Source: Gekko japonicus (lineage: Eukaryota). Taken from it: a stretch of 64,000 nt of DNA. This document shows, piece after piece, positions 12,721 through 26,645 of the stretch (positions are counted from its first letter, which is position 1; each line of letters begins with the position of its first letter). A program made the translations under genes and the position numbers. Location of the stretch: the NCBI RefSeq assembly GCF_001447785.1, contig NW_015172065.1, positions 146,430-210,429 of the forward strand. The letters run 5' to 3'. The notes beneath the pieces are model-generated. The model ran no database searches and was not told where the DNA came from. It was given only the letters and a program-made list of their open reading frames with translations.

Positions 12721-15241
12721 TTGGGTTCCTGCAGCCATGCTAATAACCTATAATAGGATCTGGGTTATGTGCATAAGCCCTATTTACACGGCTGCACACA
12801 AGTGTTGGTGCCTATTACCAGTTACACATGCAATTCAGGGTGCACAAACCTTAGGTTTACTTGGATAACCTATGCACTTGACCCGTTTGTGGTCCTAAAC
12901 TGGACTTACTACCAGTGTGTTTACAATTGTAGCTTTAAGACCCCAAACACCTCTCTCTGTGCCTGGCTTACTTTTGCCCTTAAAAAGGTAGAACTGATCT
13001 CTCTTCAACTCTTCCTGGTTTTCATGTGGCTGACATAAAAGAAAAGAGTGCCTTAAGGTGTCTGAGAGATTAATGCTATCAGAGGAACTCAGTGGGACAA
13101 TGAAGATTCTCCATGGGGAGAGTCTCCCCCAACGCACCTCTGCCTTATCCCTCCATGGAAGATTAAACCTGTTCTGCAGCACCTTTGTTTGGGAGGAGGA
13201 GGAATTGAAGTGAAGATAAAGCTGACCCCAAGGTTATGGTGCAGACAGCCTGTTACTGGGAGCCTTAGAGAAATAAACACTGTATTTGGAGGAGGTGAAA
13301 GAAAAAAACAGGAAAGTACTTAGACTGGATTGAATTCAAGTCATGATCACAAGGAGAAAGGGCTTGATTCTTATCCCCAAGCCATTTTACTGTCCTGGGA
13401 GTTGGACATCAGGGCCTTGACATGAACTCTGTGATGCTGGGTCTCCCGTTATCAAGGTTCACAGATTGCTAGTGGAGGTCACAGAGCCCCCTTCTGTATT
13501 TTCTCCTGACACTGTGATTGGCAGATCGCATGAGCCATCTAATTTGGCCACGTTAAACGTAACTGCTCCTCTGATTTTCTGTCCTTGTAATTCAAGACAT
13601 TTGATTTTTGTAAACAAATGATTCAAAATTTGAATTTAACTTGCTCCTAATACATGTTCCCTCTCAAACCAAGCTTCCCATATAACGGCATTGTTTGCAG
13701 ATTTAAAATAAGAAATATATCAGATAGTTTTCCATCTATAGAACTGCTGGAATTCAGCCTAGTGTTTGACTCAGTAACTGCTGTTGGAGCATGTTCAAAC
13801 AGAAGAATTCAGCCATCACTGCTTGTAGTGATGATGATACTACCACAGGAGCAAAGTGTGTGCGCACATGGGTAGGAACAGACCTGGTAAAGGACTGAAA
13901 CCAAAAGCAACACTCGTCATTTTTAGATCAGGTATAGCTGCACAGTGGCCCCGTTCATACGAGCCCATTTGTTTTTAGATCAGGTATAGCTGCACAGTGT
14001 TAAGTAAAGCAAAGAGTCTACCATAACAATCTTTAAGATGCTACAGAAACCCTTCTCACCTGTAACAGACTACCATGGCTACCACTCAGAAATTTATCCT
14101 ATTGTTAAGTGAAGTTTGTTTTTTCCATACTTCAGTCTCCTTTGGCTTCATTTTATAAAGCTTTCAGCCAAAAAAGTACAACCTTGCATGGTCAAGAGAG
14201 CAGTGCTTTATACCTGCTATATTCTTAAGCCCTGACTCTGAATCATACCCCCAACTTCGGCAGCTGGTTGCAAGGATATTGGCTTCAAGAGCATTCTCTT
14301 GAAGCTTGGTTCTCAATACGCCCCTGTAATGGTCCTTGCTTTAGGGCAGCTGATCATTAGTTTTTAATTGGGGAGGGATCTGCTAAAATGGTACAGTAAT
14401 GTTGCCTGGGCATTACTAGTTTTGGTTGAATTTGAAAGGTCATGTAAGTGTTATTATTAAGTATGAAGCAGCCTTGTACTGAGTGAAACTTAGTTAAAGC
14501 AGCCTATATGGTGGGGAGTGACAACCCTTGCAGGGGTCACTTATGAACTGGTTGTGTCTTAACAGTACATACATACAGTGACTGGTAACAGCTTTCTAGG
14601 GTATCTGGCAGATCTCTAAAAGTCCTGGGGATTTAACCTGGGACAGTCGGCATGCAAAGCATTTGATCTCCTCCTGCCTTTTTCCTACAAAAATGTTGCT
14701 TTTATACAGCTTTAAGAAAAATAATTAGAGAGACATAAAAGGGCACCTTATGATTGCAGTGACCTTCCTAGGAAGATCAATTTTAGCACTATCATTTCTA
14801 CCTTTCCTGTAGCAGATTTATTCTCACAAGTTTTTCCTGAAATTATGTTTGTTACCCTTTCTGGCTCATCCTGAAGTTGCTCCGATTTTAGGTGTATTGA
14901 TTTTAAAGTTGTGCTTTTATGTTGCATTTTGATTTTTACAGAAGTTACTTTGGGTTTGCACAGAAAAAGCTTCCTTAGAAGAGCATCATTTCCGAGAATG
15001 GTCCTGTAAACTTTCTAGTGCTCAGTGGAAAGACAGGTGGAACAAATGTGTTATTGCTGAGCTGCTTTCCCCCCCTCAAGCTGCACGGGGTATAATGTTT
15101 GAGTTGCATCCTGTTGGGTCCACCCCTACTGCCTAATCTCCTCATGTCATCTCCATAATGGCCCCTTTGTACCCTGCAATGTGACACCTCATAAGAACAC
15201 TCCGAGAACGAAGCTGGGGTCAGAGAAAGATGGATGAAGAG

Positions 15242-15450
15242 CAGGGGTCATTTGGAGGGGGACGCGGGGGGACGCCATCCCCCCGGGTGAGGTGCGGGAG
15301 GGCGGGGTCTGGAGCTCCCTGCTGGTGCCCGCTGGAGGTCACCGCCGGCTGTGGGGAGGACACACTTCCGGTGATGTCAGGGGGTGTGGCATATGCTAAT
15401 GAGTTATGCTAATGAGTCCCCCTAGCTCTTTTTCTACAAAATGACCCCTG
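15242..15450. mobile_element. hAT-type MITE
   Basis: TIR CAGGGGTCATTT/AAATGACCCCTG; TSD atgaagag. Confidence 0.9.
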
Positions 15451-15653
15451 ATGAAGAGGATGGCGCACAGTGGAAAACTCGGCACATGCCATGTGTTGAC
15501 TTCAGAGTCATTCTACCAACTTTAATGGCGTGACTGTGGATTTACACTAGTGTTAGACCAGGTGTCAGTAATGCAGTAGAAACACCCCGTGGCATTTGAC
15601 TGTAATCACATAGGCCCAAAGGGACCCCAAACACAGCAAAATTGACTGTTCAG

Positions 15654-15859
15654 CAGTGTTCCCTCTAAGCTGAGTTAGTGTGAGCTAGGTCACAGTTTTC
15701 TAGTGTCCAGCTCACACATTTTTGTCTTAGCCCAGGAAGGATGGCTCCAGAGCAAACTAATTTATGCAGAAGCCAAATTGCTCACTCACAACTTTAATGC
15801 CAGTAGCTCACAAAGGAGAATTTTTGCTCACAAGACTCCACAGCTTAGAGGGAGCATTG
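15654..15859. mobile_element. hAT-type MITE (CAGTGTTCCCTCTAAG TIR)
   Basis: TIRs; TSD ctgttcag/ctggtcag; near-identical copy at 18232-18437. Confidence 0.85.
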
Positions 15860-15963
15860 CTGGTCAGCAAATAAAAATGTGAAAAATATGCCTTGTTTTA
15901 TGTTACAGTTGCTTCTAAGCAGAAATGAACCTCTGTATGCACACAGGCTTCCTTTCTTAAAAT

Positions 15964-16356
15964 TAGGTTTGCCAGGTCCCTTTTACCTGCCAGCGGGGTA
16001 GGGTGGGGATGTTCCGGAAGTGGGAAGTGACGCTGCCCCCCATTCACCTGCCAGCAGTGACATCACACATGACGTGCCTGTGTCACCTGGAAGTGATATC
16101 AGCATGCTGGGGGTGATGCTCTGGATTTGGGGCAAAACTCTACGGTAAAATTGGCATCAAACCATAGAGTTTTGCCCCAAAGCCAGAGGATCACATGCCA
16201 ACATCACTTCCGGGTGATGCAGGCATGTTGCATATGACATAGCTGGGGTTTTTTTTGGGGGGGGGGATTCCCTCCTGTTGACCAGCTGGCCAGCAGCGGG
16301 CAAGAGCCTGCAAAATCTGGGTATCCCCCACCCCCACTGGCCAAATGGCAACCCTA
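15964..16356. mobile_element. hAT-type MITE (TAGGGTTGCCA-like TIR)
   Basis: taggtttgcca...tggcaacccta; TSD cttaaaat. Confidence 0.85.
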
Positions 16357-17563
16357 CTTAAAATGTCTGCCCCCCTCCATTGGCTTTGGCTTAGACTGAA
16401 GTAGAATTCGATCTCCAACCTACCCCCTCCAACCTTCCCGTATCCCCCCATCTCTTTTCCAGAGGACCCAAGGCTCTGCCCTGGGAAGGTTATTGTATGT
16501 CTGGAGGGTGCCCTTTCATTCCAGCTACCTTCTTTGCTGGGGGCACATCCCAATCGAGGGGGATGTGCTTCCCAGGTATGCCAGGAAGGTGCAACATGAC
16601 AGCAGCTGGTATATTTACAGGCTGTGGCGGGGCAGTATCAAGGCTCCATGCAGTTGGGGGCTGCTGAATAACCTTTTGGGGTTTATTTATGCTGAAGCCA
16701 ATGCTCTGCCACCCTGCTGCGCCAGGCAGTGCTGAGGATTCAGCGATTCCATATCCCCTCATAAATCAGGCCAGCAGCTGGCTTGAGTTACGAGGGTCTC
16801 CCAGTAATGACAGCCAGTTAATCCTAGCCTCCTTAGCTGGGATTACTCTCCATCATAGTTCATTACCTTTGGGCCCAATCAGTACCCTTTATGTTCTGGG
16901 GTGGGAGAAGAGGCATATTTCCACTGGACAAGAGACACTCGCTGCCTCAAAGACTTGTCATCACTGTTATAAATAAAGTGACTTGTTTGCAGAAGAACAA
17001 ATTTAGCCTATCCAGAAGGTCAAGGTGGCAGGAAGCCCAGTCTGGCTCCAAATAGCCTTCCATTAAAATGGTTGTCATGTTTGAGTTTCACATAACCAAA
17101 GGAGGAGAGGGCGGAGGGACAGGAAAGGCAATAAGAGGACTGAGGGGCAGTGAAGGCGAGAAAATGTGGAGCCCTTCAGTTTATCAGCCTGAAGAAGATT
17201 TCTCCTTTTTACAGTCTAATGGTAGTGCATTTATTTTCACATTGTGGCTCATGAAGTGGACTATGGGTATCTCACAGGTGGACCATGGGTATCTCACAAA
17301 CTCCCCCGGGTTGTGGACCCCACCCACCCTCCAGTGATGGAAAAGAGATAAGAGAGGGAAGAACTATCACATTCCCCCTCTCCTTCATCCCGCACCTGCA
17401 TTTATTGCTGGATAATTGGCTTCCTCTCAACCTTCTGCAGTGCAGGAGATGATGGGCTCACTGCATTCTGGTAGGCATTGCTAGTGGCCTGTGGCACTAA
17501 ATTTTTTGGTTCTGAAAGACAGAATAATTTAGAAGTCAGTCTGACTTCAGATGAATCATCACT

Positions 17564-18147
17564 TGAAAAATTGTGGTGCCATAGGAGATTTTCTGCACTG
17601 CTGGTGGCAGTGCCCAGAGATTCATAACCTCTGGATACAAATAACTGATCAAATACAACACATAACTGGAGTTCGCTTACTTGATCTCCCCCAGGTCCTC
17701 CTGCTTGACTTCTGGTCGGAACCTATGGAAAACAAAACACAAAAATATCATTAATCAACACTCTGATTGCCATTGCTAGACTTACTATCACCCAAAAATG
17801 GAAAGAAAAGGCGGCCCCTTCTTTGAACTCCTGGAAGAACAAATTTTGGGAACACTTTCTTCTAGGGAAAATTACTGCGAAGAATGCGGCACTCACCTTG
17901 GGCAGCAGTTTGTGTAAATTCCAAGCAATTTGCTTTCCAATGATCTCATACTTATCTGAGGGGGACTTTGTCCCAAATAATCACTACTACCGAAAGCCCC
18001 TCTATTTTTGAACTATATAGGCTTATACTTGCCAATTGATAGATGTACATGTTGATACTCTTAAAATGTTTGAATTGCTTTTACAATCACATACAGTTAT
18101 ACTGATTGTTATGTTTGAAAATTTACAAATAAAATTATTTTTAAAAA
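17564..18147 (+). mobile_element. L1-clade LINE 3' end, 5'-truncated
   Basis: CGAIGDFLHCWWQCP ORF2 C-terminal motif; aataaa plus A-rich tail; approximate TSD atgaatcatcact/atgaactatcact. Confidence 0.8.
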
Positions 18148-18231
18148 ATGAACTATCACTTTAGTGGATCATCCACAAGATAATACCCTAATCCGCAAGA
18201 TAATACCCTAATACATAGACCTAATTCTCAC

Positions 18232-18437
18232 CAGTGTTCCCTCTAAGCTGAGTTAGTGTGAGCTAGCTCACAGTTTTTTAGCTTCCAGCTCACACATTTT
18301 TATCTTCGGTCAGGAAGGATGGATCCAGAGCAAACTAATTTATGCAGTAGCCAAATTGCTCGCTCACAACTTTAATGCCACTAGCTCACAAAGCAGAATT
18401 TTTGCTCACAAGACTCCATAGCTTAGAGAAAGCATTG
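18232..18437. mobile_element. hAT-type MITE (CAGTGTTCCCTCTAAG TIR)
   Basis: TSD attctcac. Confidence 0.88.
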
Positions 18438-19092
18438 ATTCTCACTGTGGTACTAAAGCTGTATCTGAAGATGCAAACTACATGATATTGTTTCTTCAAG
18501 GAGGAAGACAAGAAATGTCAACTCTTTCCTCCACGGCCATTTTTTACTGCCAAATGCTACCCCTGAGCTTCATTTACCCCCAATTCAGGAAAAAGATGGA
18601 TACCTACACATTTTCCCTAGATGTAGCAAAAGATGCTCTGGGATGTCTTTTTCCCAATGAGAAAAGGAGAGTGGAGAGGCAGGGTCAAAGTTTCACTCAC
18701 TCTCTTCTCCTTTTTGATAAAACAATCTGGGCAGCTATATTTGGAAAAAAGGAAGACGCTGAGTACTGAGGCTGTACCTCTTCAGGGTGCACTTGGGGTA
18801 GCTCCTGTGACTGAATGCTCCTCCATCCTCAGCATTCTTGCCACATGGAAAAAACTCTCCACTGTTGAAACCTAGAACACTTTTGTTGCATCTTGTGAAT
18901 TCCAGAGATCAATTAGGTATTGGATAAGGACATTCTTCCTTTTGCCTGTCCCAAATCTTCCTTCAATCAAAAACCCCAGGTGGCCTCCTGGAGGAGTGAG
19001 CCTCCATTAATTAAAACTGCTCTCCCCAGTTATCATGATGTGGTGAAAGACCACCCCTTTGCCACTCGTCAGCTGTCCAATTTGTAAGTAGT

Positions 19093-19366
19093 AGAAGAAA
19101 AGAGATTGGATTTATACCCCGCCCTTCACTCGGAGTCTCAGAACAGTTTACAAACTCCTTTCCCTTCCCCTCCCCACAACCGACATCCTGTGAGGTAGGT
19201 GGGGCTGAGAGAGCTCTTGACAGAAACTGCTCTTTCAAGGACAACTCTGACAGAACTATGGCTTGCCCAAAGTCATCCAGCAGCTGCAAGTGGAGGAGTG
19301 GGGAATCAAACCTGGTTCTCCCAGATTAGAGTCCACACACTTAACCACTACAGCAAACTGGCTCTC
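19093..19366 (-). mobile_element. tRNA-derived squamate SINE (Squam3-like)
   Basis: Reverse complement head agagccagtttg..gtagtggttaag; (gaa)n tail; similar copies at 19530-19775 and 44257-44540. Confidence 0.75.
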
Positions 19367-19529
19367 AATTGCAAGGGATAGTTAAATTGCATTAAGACCT
19401 ACATGAGGATTGAAACTGGAACCAATTGCAAGCAAAGTAGGTGTTCTACCATACTGCCAAGCCTCCGCCCATCCTCCTAGTTTTATCATTTTGAGATATA
19501 TATCAGCAATTTTATTTTGCCCAGGATTA

Positions 19530-19775
19530 GAAGAAGAAGAAGACTTGGATTTATACCCTGCCCTTTACTCGGAGTCTCGGAGAGGCTTACAGTCACCTTC
19601 CCTGTCTCTCCCCACAAACAGACACCCTGTGAGGTAGGTGGGGCTAAGAGAGCTCTGAGAGAACTGTGACTGACCAAAGGTCATCCAGCTGGCTACATGT
19701 GGAGGAGTGAGGAATCAAACCTGGTTCTCCAGATTAGAGCTCGCCACTCTTACCCACTACATCACAGTGGCTCTC
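19530..19775 (-). mobile_element. tRNA-derived squamate SINE (Squam3-like)
   Basis: Same family as 19093-19366. Confidence 0.75.
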
Positions 19776-21543
19776 TTAGGATGGTACTAAATATATCACC
19801 ATTATTGCAGAAGCAAGAAAACATCTAATCATGAGATACTTTAGGAGCCCAGTCAAGACAAATGTTTTATTCTTTTTTTAAATTTAATCTATTTATACCC
19901 TGCCCTTTGCAGTCTGCAAATGAGATGTCTCCCGATGAAATGAAAATACTAATATACAGTGTAGCAAATAAACCCTACAGTCACCAGATAGTACAGCCAA
20001 GCCTTAAAACAATACAACTGCTACAGGAACAAATAATATAGTAATAAAACCAGCAAGAGAGGCCCCCAGTAGAAGAAGGGAGGGGAAACTGGGAGACACC
20101 TTGCTGCTAGCTGTGACATTGAAGCTGAACACCACCACCCCTTCCTGTTTCCAGGCATAAAACTTAGGCATGACCAGAGATGTGAGCCCTTGGGTGCAAG
20201 CCAAAAGGCTATTGGCCTTGAGCCCTTAGCCTGTACCTTGTATTCGGTGGCCTTGGACAAGCTGAGCTATTCAATCCCGGACTGCCCCAAGCTACACTTG
20301 CTTATATTTCACTTGTTTTATTTAAATCATATTTTATTGAATTTTATTGTATATCTTTCCCCCACAATTGTAAACCACTTTGAGTCCTTTTGGGGATGGG
20401 GAGGGAATCAATAATTTATACAGCCATTTACACAAAGCAAGCTGAGAGAGAAAGGGCTGACAGGTGCCATACACACAACAACAGACAAGGAACAAAAGGC
20501 GGGAAATTGTTAAGCACACAAAACAGTTTTGATATATACGCACACACCTCCATTATATTCACCTCTTCTGCAATGATCCACATGGTGTTGCCAGTTCAGC
20601 ACATTAGACAGAGATAGATTTCAACCAATGCTGACCTCTGGGCAGTCACCCTCTCCCACCCTAAGTTACCTCACAGGATTGTTATCCACCAGGGTGCCAT
20701 GAGCCAGGTACATCACTCCATGGAGGAAAGACGGGCTTATGAAATATATATACAAGATATTAATATTCACCATCTGCATATAACAGAGACTCCTTCACCT
20801 CTCATCTTTGTAGAGGACATGGAAGGGGGAGGGGGAAAAATCCCTCCTTTGAAATTCAGATCTGGAGCCATTTTTGCCAAGGGGAGAAACAGCAGGTTGG
20901 CCTCCCAGCTGCCACAGCTGTCTGTAAATTCCAGCCTGTCTAACTCTGCCCCAGGGCAGCTGTTGGTAGAGGGGGGAAGGAGATAGGCTGTGTGACCAGA
21001 AGCCGCTGAGACAGTTCAGAGCCTATGGAGCAGAATGTCTTTAGTGCAGTGGGAATTCTGAAAAAACAGAAGGACATGAGGCAGAAGGGAGGGGAAAACT
21101 GGAGAGCGATAGAGCTCTCATGGGGAATCAAGAGGAAAAACAGGATAGGAATGCACTACCGTGAAGGAAATCTGTGTGTGTCACTCCAGAGGCGGTTGAA
21201 GGTCTTGCTGAAGATGGCCAAAACAGATGAAAAGCAGGATCACCAAGATTCAGATAATAAGATGAACTCTGATGTATGGTCTTGTCCAAAACATTAAAAC
21301 ATGGCTGCTTGGGTTGCCAACTCCAGCTTGGGAACTTCCTGGAAATATGAGACAGAAATGGGAAATGAGACTTTGACGATGGGAGAGAGCTCAGCCAGGA
21401 TGCAATTCCATAGAGTCTACCCACTGAATCTGCCGTTTCATCCAGGGGAACTGATCTCTGTAGTCTGGAGATTACATGTACATTCCAAGAGAAACCCAGG
21501 CCCCACCTGGAGGTTGGTTACCATAGTGCTCTAGCAACATAAG

Positions 21544-21960
21544 CAGAGGTCATTTCAGGAGGGATCGCGGGGGATCGCAGGTCCCCCGAGTGAGGTACGG
21601 GGGGCAGGGCACATGATGAAGCCCCGCCCCCTGCTTCCGGCTGCCCCGCTTCCGGCCCTCATTCAGCCAGGAGGAGGCAGGAGAAGAGGGAGGGTAAGTT
21701 GCTTCCTCCCTGCCTCTCCCCACCCCTGCCTGCCTGGGGCCAGGGAGGGCCTTCACAGGGCTTCCTTGCACCCCCGCCGGCCTTGCAGGTCCACCGCCGG
21801 GCCCCTCATGGAGCTGCAAGGCCGGTGGCGGCGGCCGGGACCATTGGGGGTGGGGTGTGTGGCCTTATGACACACTTCCGGTGATGTCAGGGAGTGTGGC
21901 ATATGCTAATGAGTTATGCTAATGAGTTCCCCTAGCTCTTTTTCTACGAAACGACCACTG
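21544..21960. mobile_element. hAT-type MITE
   Basis: TIR cagaggtcattt/aaacgaccactg; TSD aacataag. Confidence 0.88.
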
Positions 21961-22899
21961 AACATAAGTAAGCAAAGCATGCAATTAAGAATGATAATTA
22001 AAAGATTATCTTCATCCAGTTCTACTGGTAGGCCAGCTTCATCTATCATTTCAAGAAAGATGGAGGAAATTCGCAAGGAAATGCTCATGAGTTATCAGAA
22101 ACCACTGCTTGCCAGTGTTTACACTCAGAGACAGAAGTTTGTTTTCTTTCCGTGTGTTTGCATTCTACTTCTGTATTTTTAATGTCAGCATGAAAGAAAG
22201 AAAGACGAAGAAAAAGAGAAGAAAAGAAAAAAGAAGGCAGGAAGAGTGCTCCATCTACAGCATATTTGCTATAATGTAGGAATGATTAGATAGAGCACCA
22301 CTGGTAGGATCACCTGATTAACAAATAAATTTAATTATTGACCAGTTTATGAAATGCTGACCATGGAGGGATAACAGCCTTTAAATGAAAGTAGCTCAGT
22401 ATAGCCCCCTAGCCCCGAGATGGCTGGAGGAGGGTGCTGCTGATTCCCGAGTGTCTGCCAGAAGCCAGTCTGTCTGAAAAGCCTGGATGAAAGAAGAAGA
22501 GGGGATGAACATACCGCCTTCTTCAGCAGGCTCTGGGCAATTTACAACCTCAAACAGACCTCCTTCTCGAGATGGTGCCGAAGCAGCTATTCTGACCTGT
22601 CTTTCAAGGCCTAATTAGCCAGCTGGAGGGCCGGTGTCTCCTGCCCATCACCAGCAGCCGGCCAGTGTCACTTAACAATGCAGAGAATGCCCAGCTGGGA
22701 CAAAAGGGACAGAAGAGCCTGTTGGAGCTTCCTGCCCACCCACCTCTCTTTTTGTTACGGTAGATTTGCAGGTGCAGTTTTTGGAAGGCCAGACTTACAT
22801 CCACCGTGCCTTTGGCTCCTGCAGTCCAGACCCTGCTACTCAATGATGTGAACGGAGTGGTGGTCCAAGAAAGACAGAATGCATATTTTTCCAGATGTA

Positions 22900-24620
22900 T
22901 GTATTTATTTATTTTATTAGATTTATTAATTGCTCAACCCCGCAAGCAGGCTCTGGGCAATTTACAACCTCAAACAGATAAAACAAATAAAATATAGTTA
23001 ACATAATAAAATCGTCGCAGTATATTAATAAAACAATTCGGATGGTGATCAACCATAGGAAGAAAAGGAGGGTGCCAGTCTTAACTGTTGCTGCCCTCAA
23101 CTAAAAGCCTGGTGGAATATTTCTGCCTTACAGGCCCTGTGGAATTGTATAAGATTCTGCAGGACCCTGATGTTGTTCAGCAGAGAGTTCCATCAGGTTG
23201 GGGCCAGGACCAAAAAGGCCCTGGCCCTACTCGAGGACAGCTGGACCTCCCTAGGGCCTGGGATCACCAGTAAGTTGTTATCAGCTGATCTCAGTGCTTT
23301 TTTGGGGACATATTGGAGGAGGCGGTCTTGAAGATAACGTGGGTCCCTAAACACTTAAGGCCTTAAAAGTCAACACTAATACCTTCAACCTGACTCGGTA
23401 TTTCACAGGTAACCAGTGTAGCTGGCATAGCACAGGTTGTCTATGTGCTGTCCGTGTTGTTCCCGCCAGGACTTGCACTGCCGCATTCTGAACCAGTTGG
23501 AGCATCCGGGTCAGTTCAAGGGCAGGCCAGCGTAATGTTGCATGGATTACTGTGGCCAGGTCAGGGGACGACAGGAAAGGGGCCAGCAGCGATATCGCCT
23601 TGTACCAATGTTAGAGAGAATTGTTATAAAATGATGTATAGGTGGTACATGACTCCGAAAAAAATTGCAGCCTGACAGAGAACACTGGTGTTAATGGCAC
23701 CTCGTCTAGGGCTGGAACCTCAGTCCCGGAACCCTCCCCCCCCCAGCCACAGAACCTCCATCTTCCCCGGATTTAGTCTCAGCCTGCTCTTCCTTAACCA
23801 TCCCGCCACAGCCTCAAATCCCTCAGCCAGATGTTGCAGAGCGGTAGCCAGGTGGTCATCCAAGAGCAGATATAGCTGGGTGTCATCTGCATATTGATGA
23901 CACCCAAGCCTGAAACTCTGGGCCAGCTGGGCGAGCGGGTGCATATAGATGTTAAACAACATCGGGGAGAGGACTGCCCCCATGTGAACTTAGAGGACAG
24001 CTCTCCCCCCAGTGCAACTCTCTGTCCCCGACCATGGAGAAATGAGGAAAGCCATTGCAAAGCTACCCCACGAATCCCCACGTCGGCAAGGTGGTTGGTC
24101 AAAAGGTTGTAAACAACCATGTTGAACACTGCTGTGAGGCTGAATAACAACAACAGCACTGACCTGCCCCGATCCAGTTGCCTATGGAGATTAGGGCGAC
24201 CAACACTGTCTCCGTCCCATGACCCTGGCAGAAGCCAGACTGAAATGGGTCAAGTGCTGATGTGTCATCCAGGAAACTCTGGAGCTGTTCGGCTACCACT
24301 CTCTCAATCACCTTACCTAGGAATGGCAGGTTCGAAACTGGGCAGTAGTTGGCTGGATCATATGGATAAAGTGATAGTTTCTTTATGAGCAGTATAATCA
24401 CAGCCCTCCTTAAGACCCTCCAGAAAGACCCCTGTTTCCAGGGATAGACTGATAATGTCCTCTCCGTTTCCAGGGATAGACTGATAATGTCCTCTAATGG
24501 GCCCCGTATCCTCTCATTGCCAGTTTTCACCAGCCATGAGGGACACAGATCCAGGGGGCATGAGGTTGGTTGAACAGATGTAACAGTTATACAGTGTAGC
24601 TCTTTGCAGAGTAATGTAAG
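22900..24620 (-). mobile_element. L2-clade LINE, degenerate RT and 3' end
   Basis: NYCPVSNLPFLGKVIE, DPFQSGF..GHGTET, GAVLSPMLFNIY, HQYADDTQLY, LRLNPGKMEV; (attt)n tail near 22900. Confidence 0.88.
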
Positions 24621-25382
24621 CACAAAATGTCAGATCGTTTTGAAACTAAAAAAATAAATAAAATGGAGTTGTTCAGGAGGGCATTCTTATAATATGGAAT
24701 AAAGTTATCATCAGCATCTGTGAAACCAAAGCAGTTTTCTTTACATTATTCCTTGTATACGACACTGTTGATTGCATTGTTGTCACATGATTTGCATGCA
24801 TTTACTGTCATATTGTATGTACGATATTGTTTAGTGCCTTGTTCTCTACCTAATTTTGTTTGCTGTTAGTTATGTTCCTGTTGCATGGTTTAAAATTATG
24901 TAATCTTCCTGGAGTCTCAAGTGAGAAAGGTGAAAAAAGGAAAGGAAGGAAATATAAAACCGAAACTGAAGACATACTGCAGCTGTGAGTTCCTAATGAT
25001 AACTCCATTTAGAAGTGCCAAAGGGACTCACTGAGATTGAGACAATGGCCCATGCAGGCCAGGGGCTCCTGCCTTCCTAGGGAATCATTATGTGCCCCAT
25101 CAAGCAGCTGCACATACAAGCATTCTTTACTGTCCTCTTTACTGAGTGAAGACAACAGTGGGCAAGTAGAGAGTAATAAAGGACAAGTGCCAGCAGCTGG
25201 AATCACACATACGTTGGCTTCACTTCCATTGGGAATGCACATCCCCAAGACCTGCTTCCTGAGTTCGTTTATCTGGAGGTGCCAGGGATTGATCCTGTGA
25301 CTTACTATGTGCAAGGCCACTGAATTAGACCAAAGGGTTGGAGCATCTGCTCCATGAAAGAAGGCTAAGACATTTGTGGTGT

Positions 25383-25514
25383 NNNNNNNNNNNNNNNNNN
25401 NNNNNNNNNNNNNNNNNNNNNNNNNNNNNNNNNNNNNNNNNNNNNNNNNNNNNNNNNNNNNNNNNNNNNNNNNNNNNNNNNNNNNNNNNNNNNNNNNNNN
25501 NNNNNNNNNNNNNN
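25383..25514. other. Assembly gap (132 N)
   Basis: N run. Confidence 0.99.
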
Positions 25515-26645
25515 GCTCAGCAGAATGGAGGCATTTTTCTCCCTTCAGTGAATATGTATTCACTGTGTGCATAATCAATTTACGGAACTCACTACAAGAT
25601 ATGGCACTAGCCACTAGCATATAGAGTTTTAAAATAACAGCTTAAGTGAGAGATGAGATTCATGGGCCATGATAGCTCAGTGGGGCCCCACGTTAAGGAC
25701 AGAATATATTTGTCTAGATACCAGGGAAAAATAATAGAAGTCTCTTGCTTTCTTGCCCCACTTTATTAGCATCCCCAGAGAAATCTGGCTGCTGTGGTGA
25801 GAAACAAGCTGCTGGACTCCATCACCTTGTCCTGATCCAGCAAGGCTGGCCTTATATTCTTGCGTGAAGGGGTTCGAAGGGCAAGCCACAAAGATGAATA
25901 AAACTCCAACTGCAAAACTGTAAATACAGCGACAAATGGTGCCAGAACGATGCATATTTTTGTCTACTCTTCCGGCAAGCATTCTGAACAAAACAGTGGC
26001 CTCCCAGCTGCCATCTTCTCATCCATCCCCACATCTAGCTTCCCCAGTCTGCTATGGAGACCATGGCTGATTGGCACCTGGTTAGACTGTACTCAGCTGT
26101 CCCTCCCTGATATTTGACACATACACACATACACACACACCCCTCCTCCCCGCCAAGCCAAGAGCACTGCAGCCCTGGGAAAGAGAAATAAACATGTGAG
26201 GGAAGGAAGAAAGAAGGACAGGGAGCAGGGAAAGGTTCTGAGAAGTTGCAAACGGCTGTGGAGAGAGTCCAGAAGCCAGACCTTGGTGTGGACCTGGTAG
26301 AGGAAAGCTGAGCTCTCCAAGAATGGCTAGTATGAGTTCATGAAGGATATCTTGGGAAGGGATTGGGGATTTCCTATTTCATAACCTGGAAGGAACTGTG
26401 CAGATCACAGCCTGTGTGTGAAGGGATTCCATAGCTTGGACAATCCATCCTTCTGGGAGACTTGTACTCATTGCATTGGCACCATTTTGTTCCTGAGTCC
26501 TCTTCTGTCAGCTCATCAAAACAGAGACCTCAGGCCTTGTTGGCCAGCAAGGTCTTTTAAGAACTTGTGGCGTGGGAGGTATAAAGCCATTCTACTCTCA
26601 TACAGTAGACTTTAAGAAAGGACCTGTCTTTGGACTGCTGGGAAT

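Noticed and set aside
16497-16575. Alternative phase-1 first exon (MSGGCPFIP...FP|gtatgc)
   Set aside because: It is in phase, but has a weaker donor, no PITX similarity and lies 19 kb away; 26646-26733 is the better candidate.
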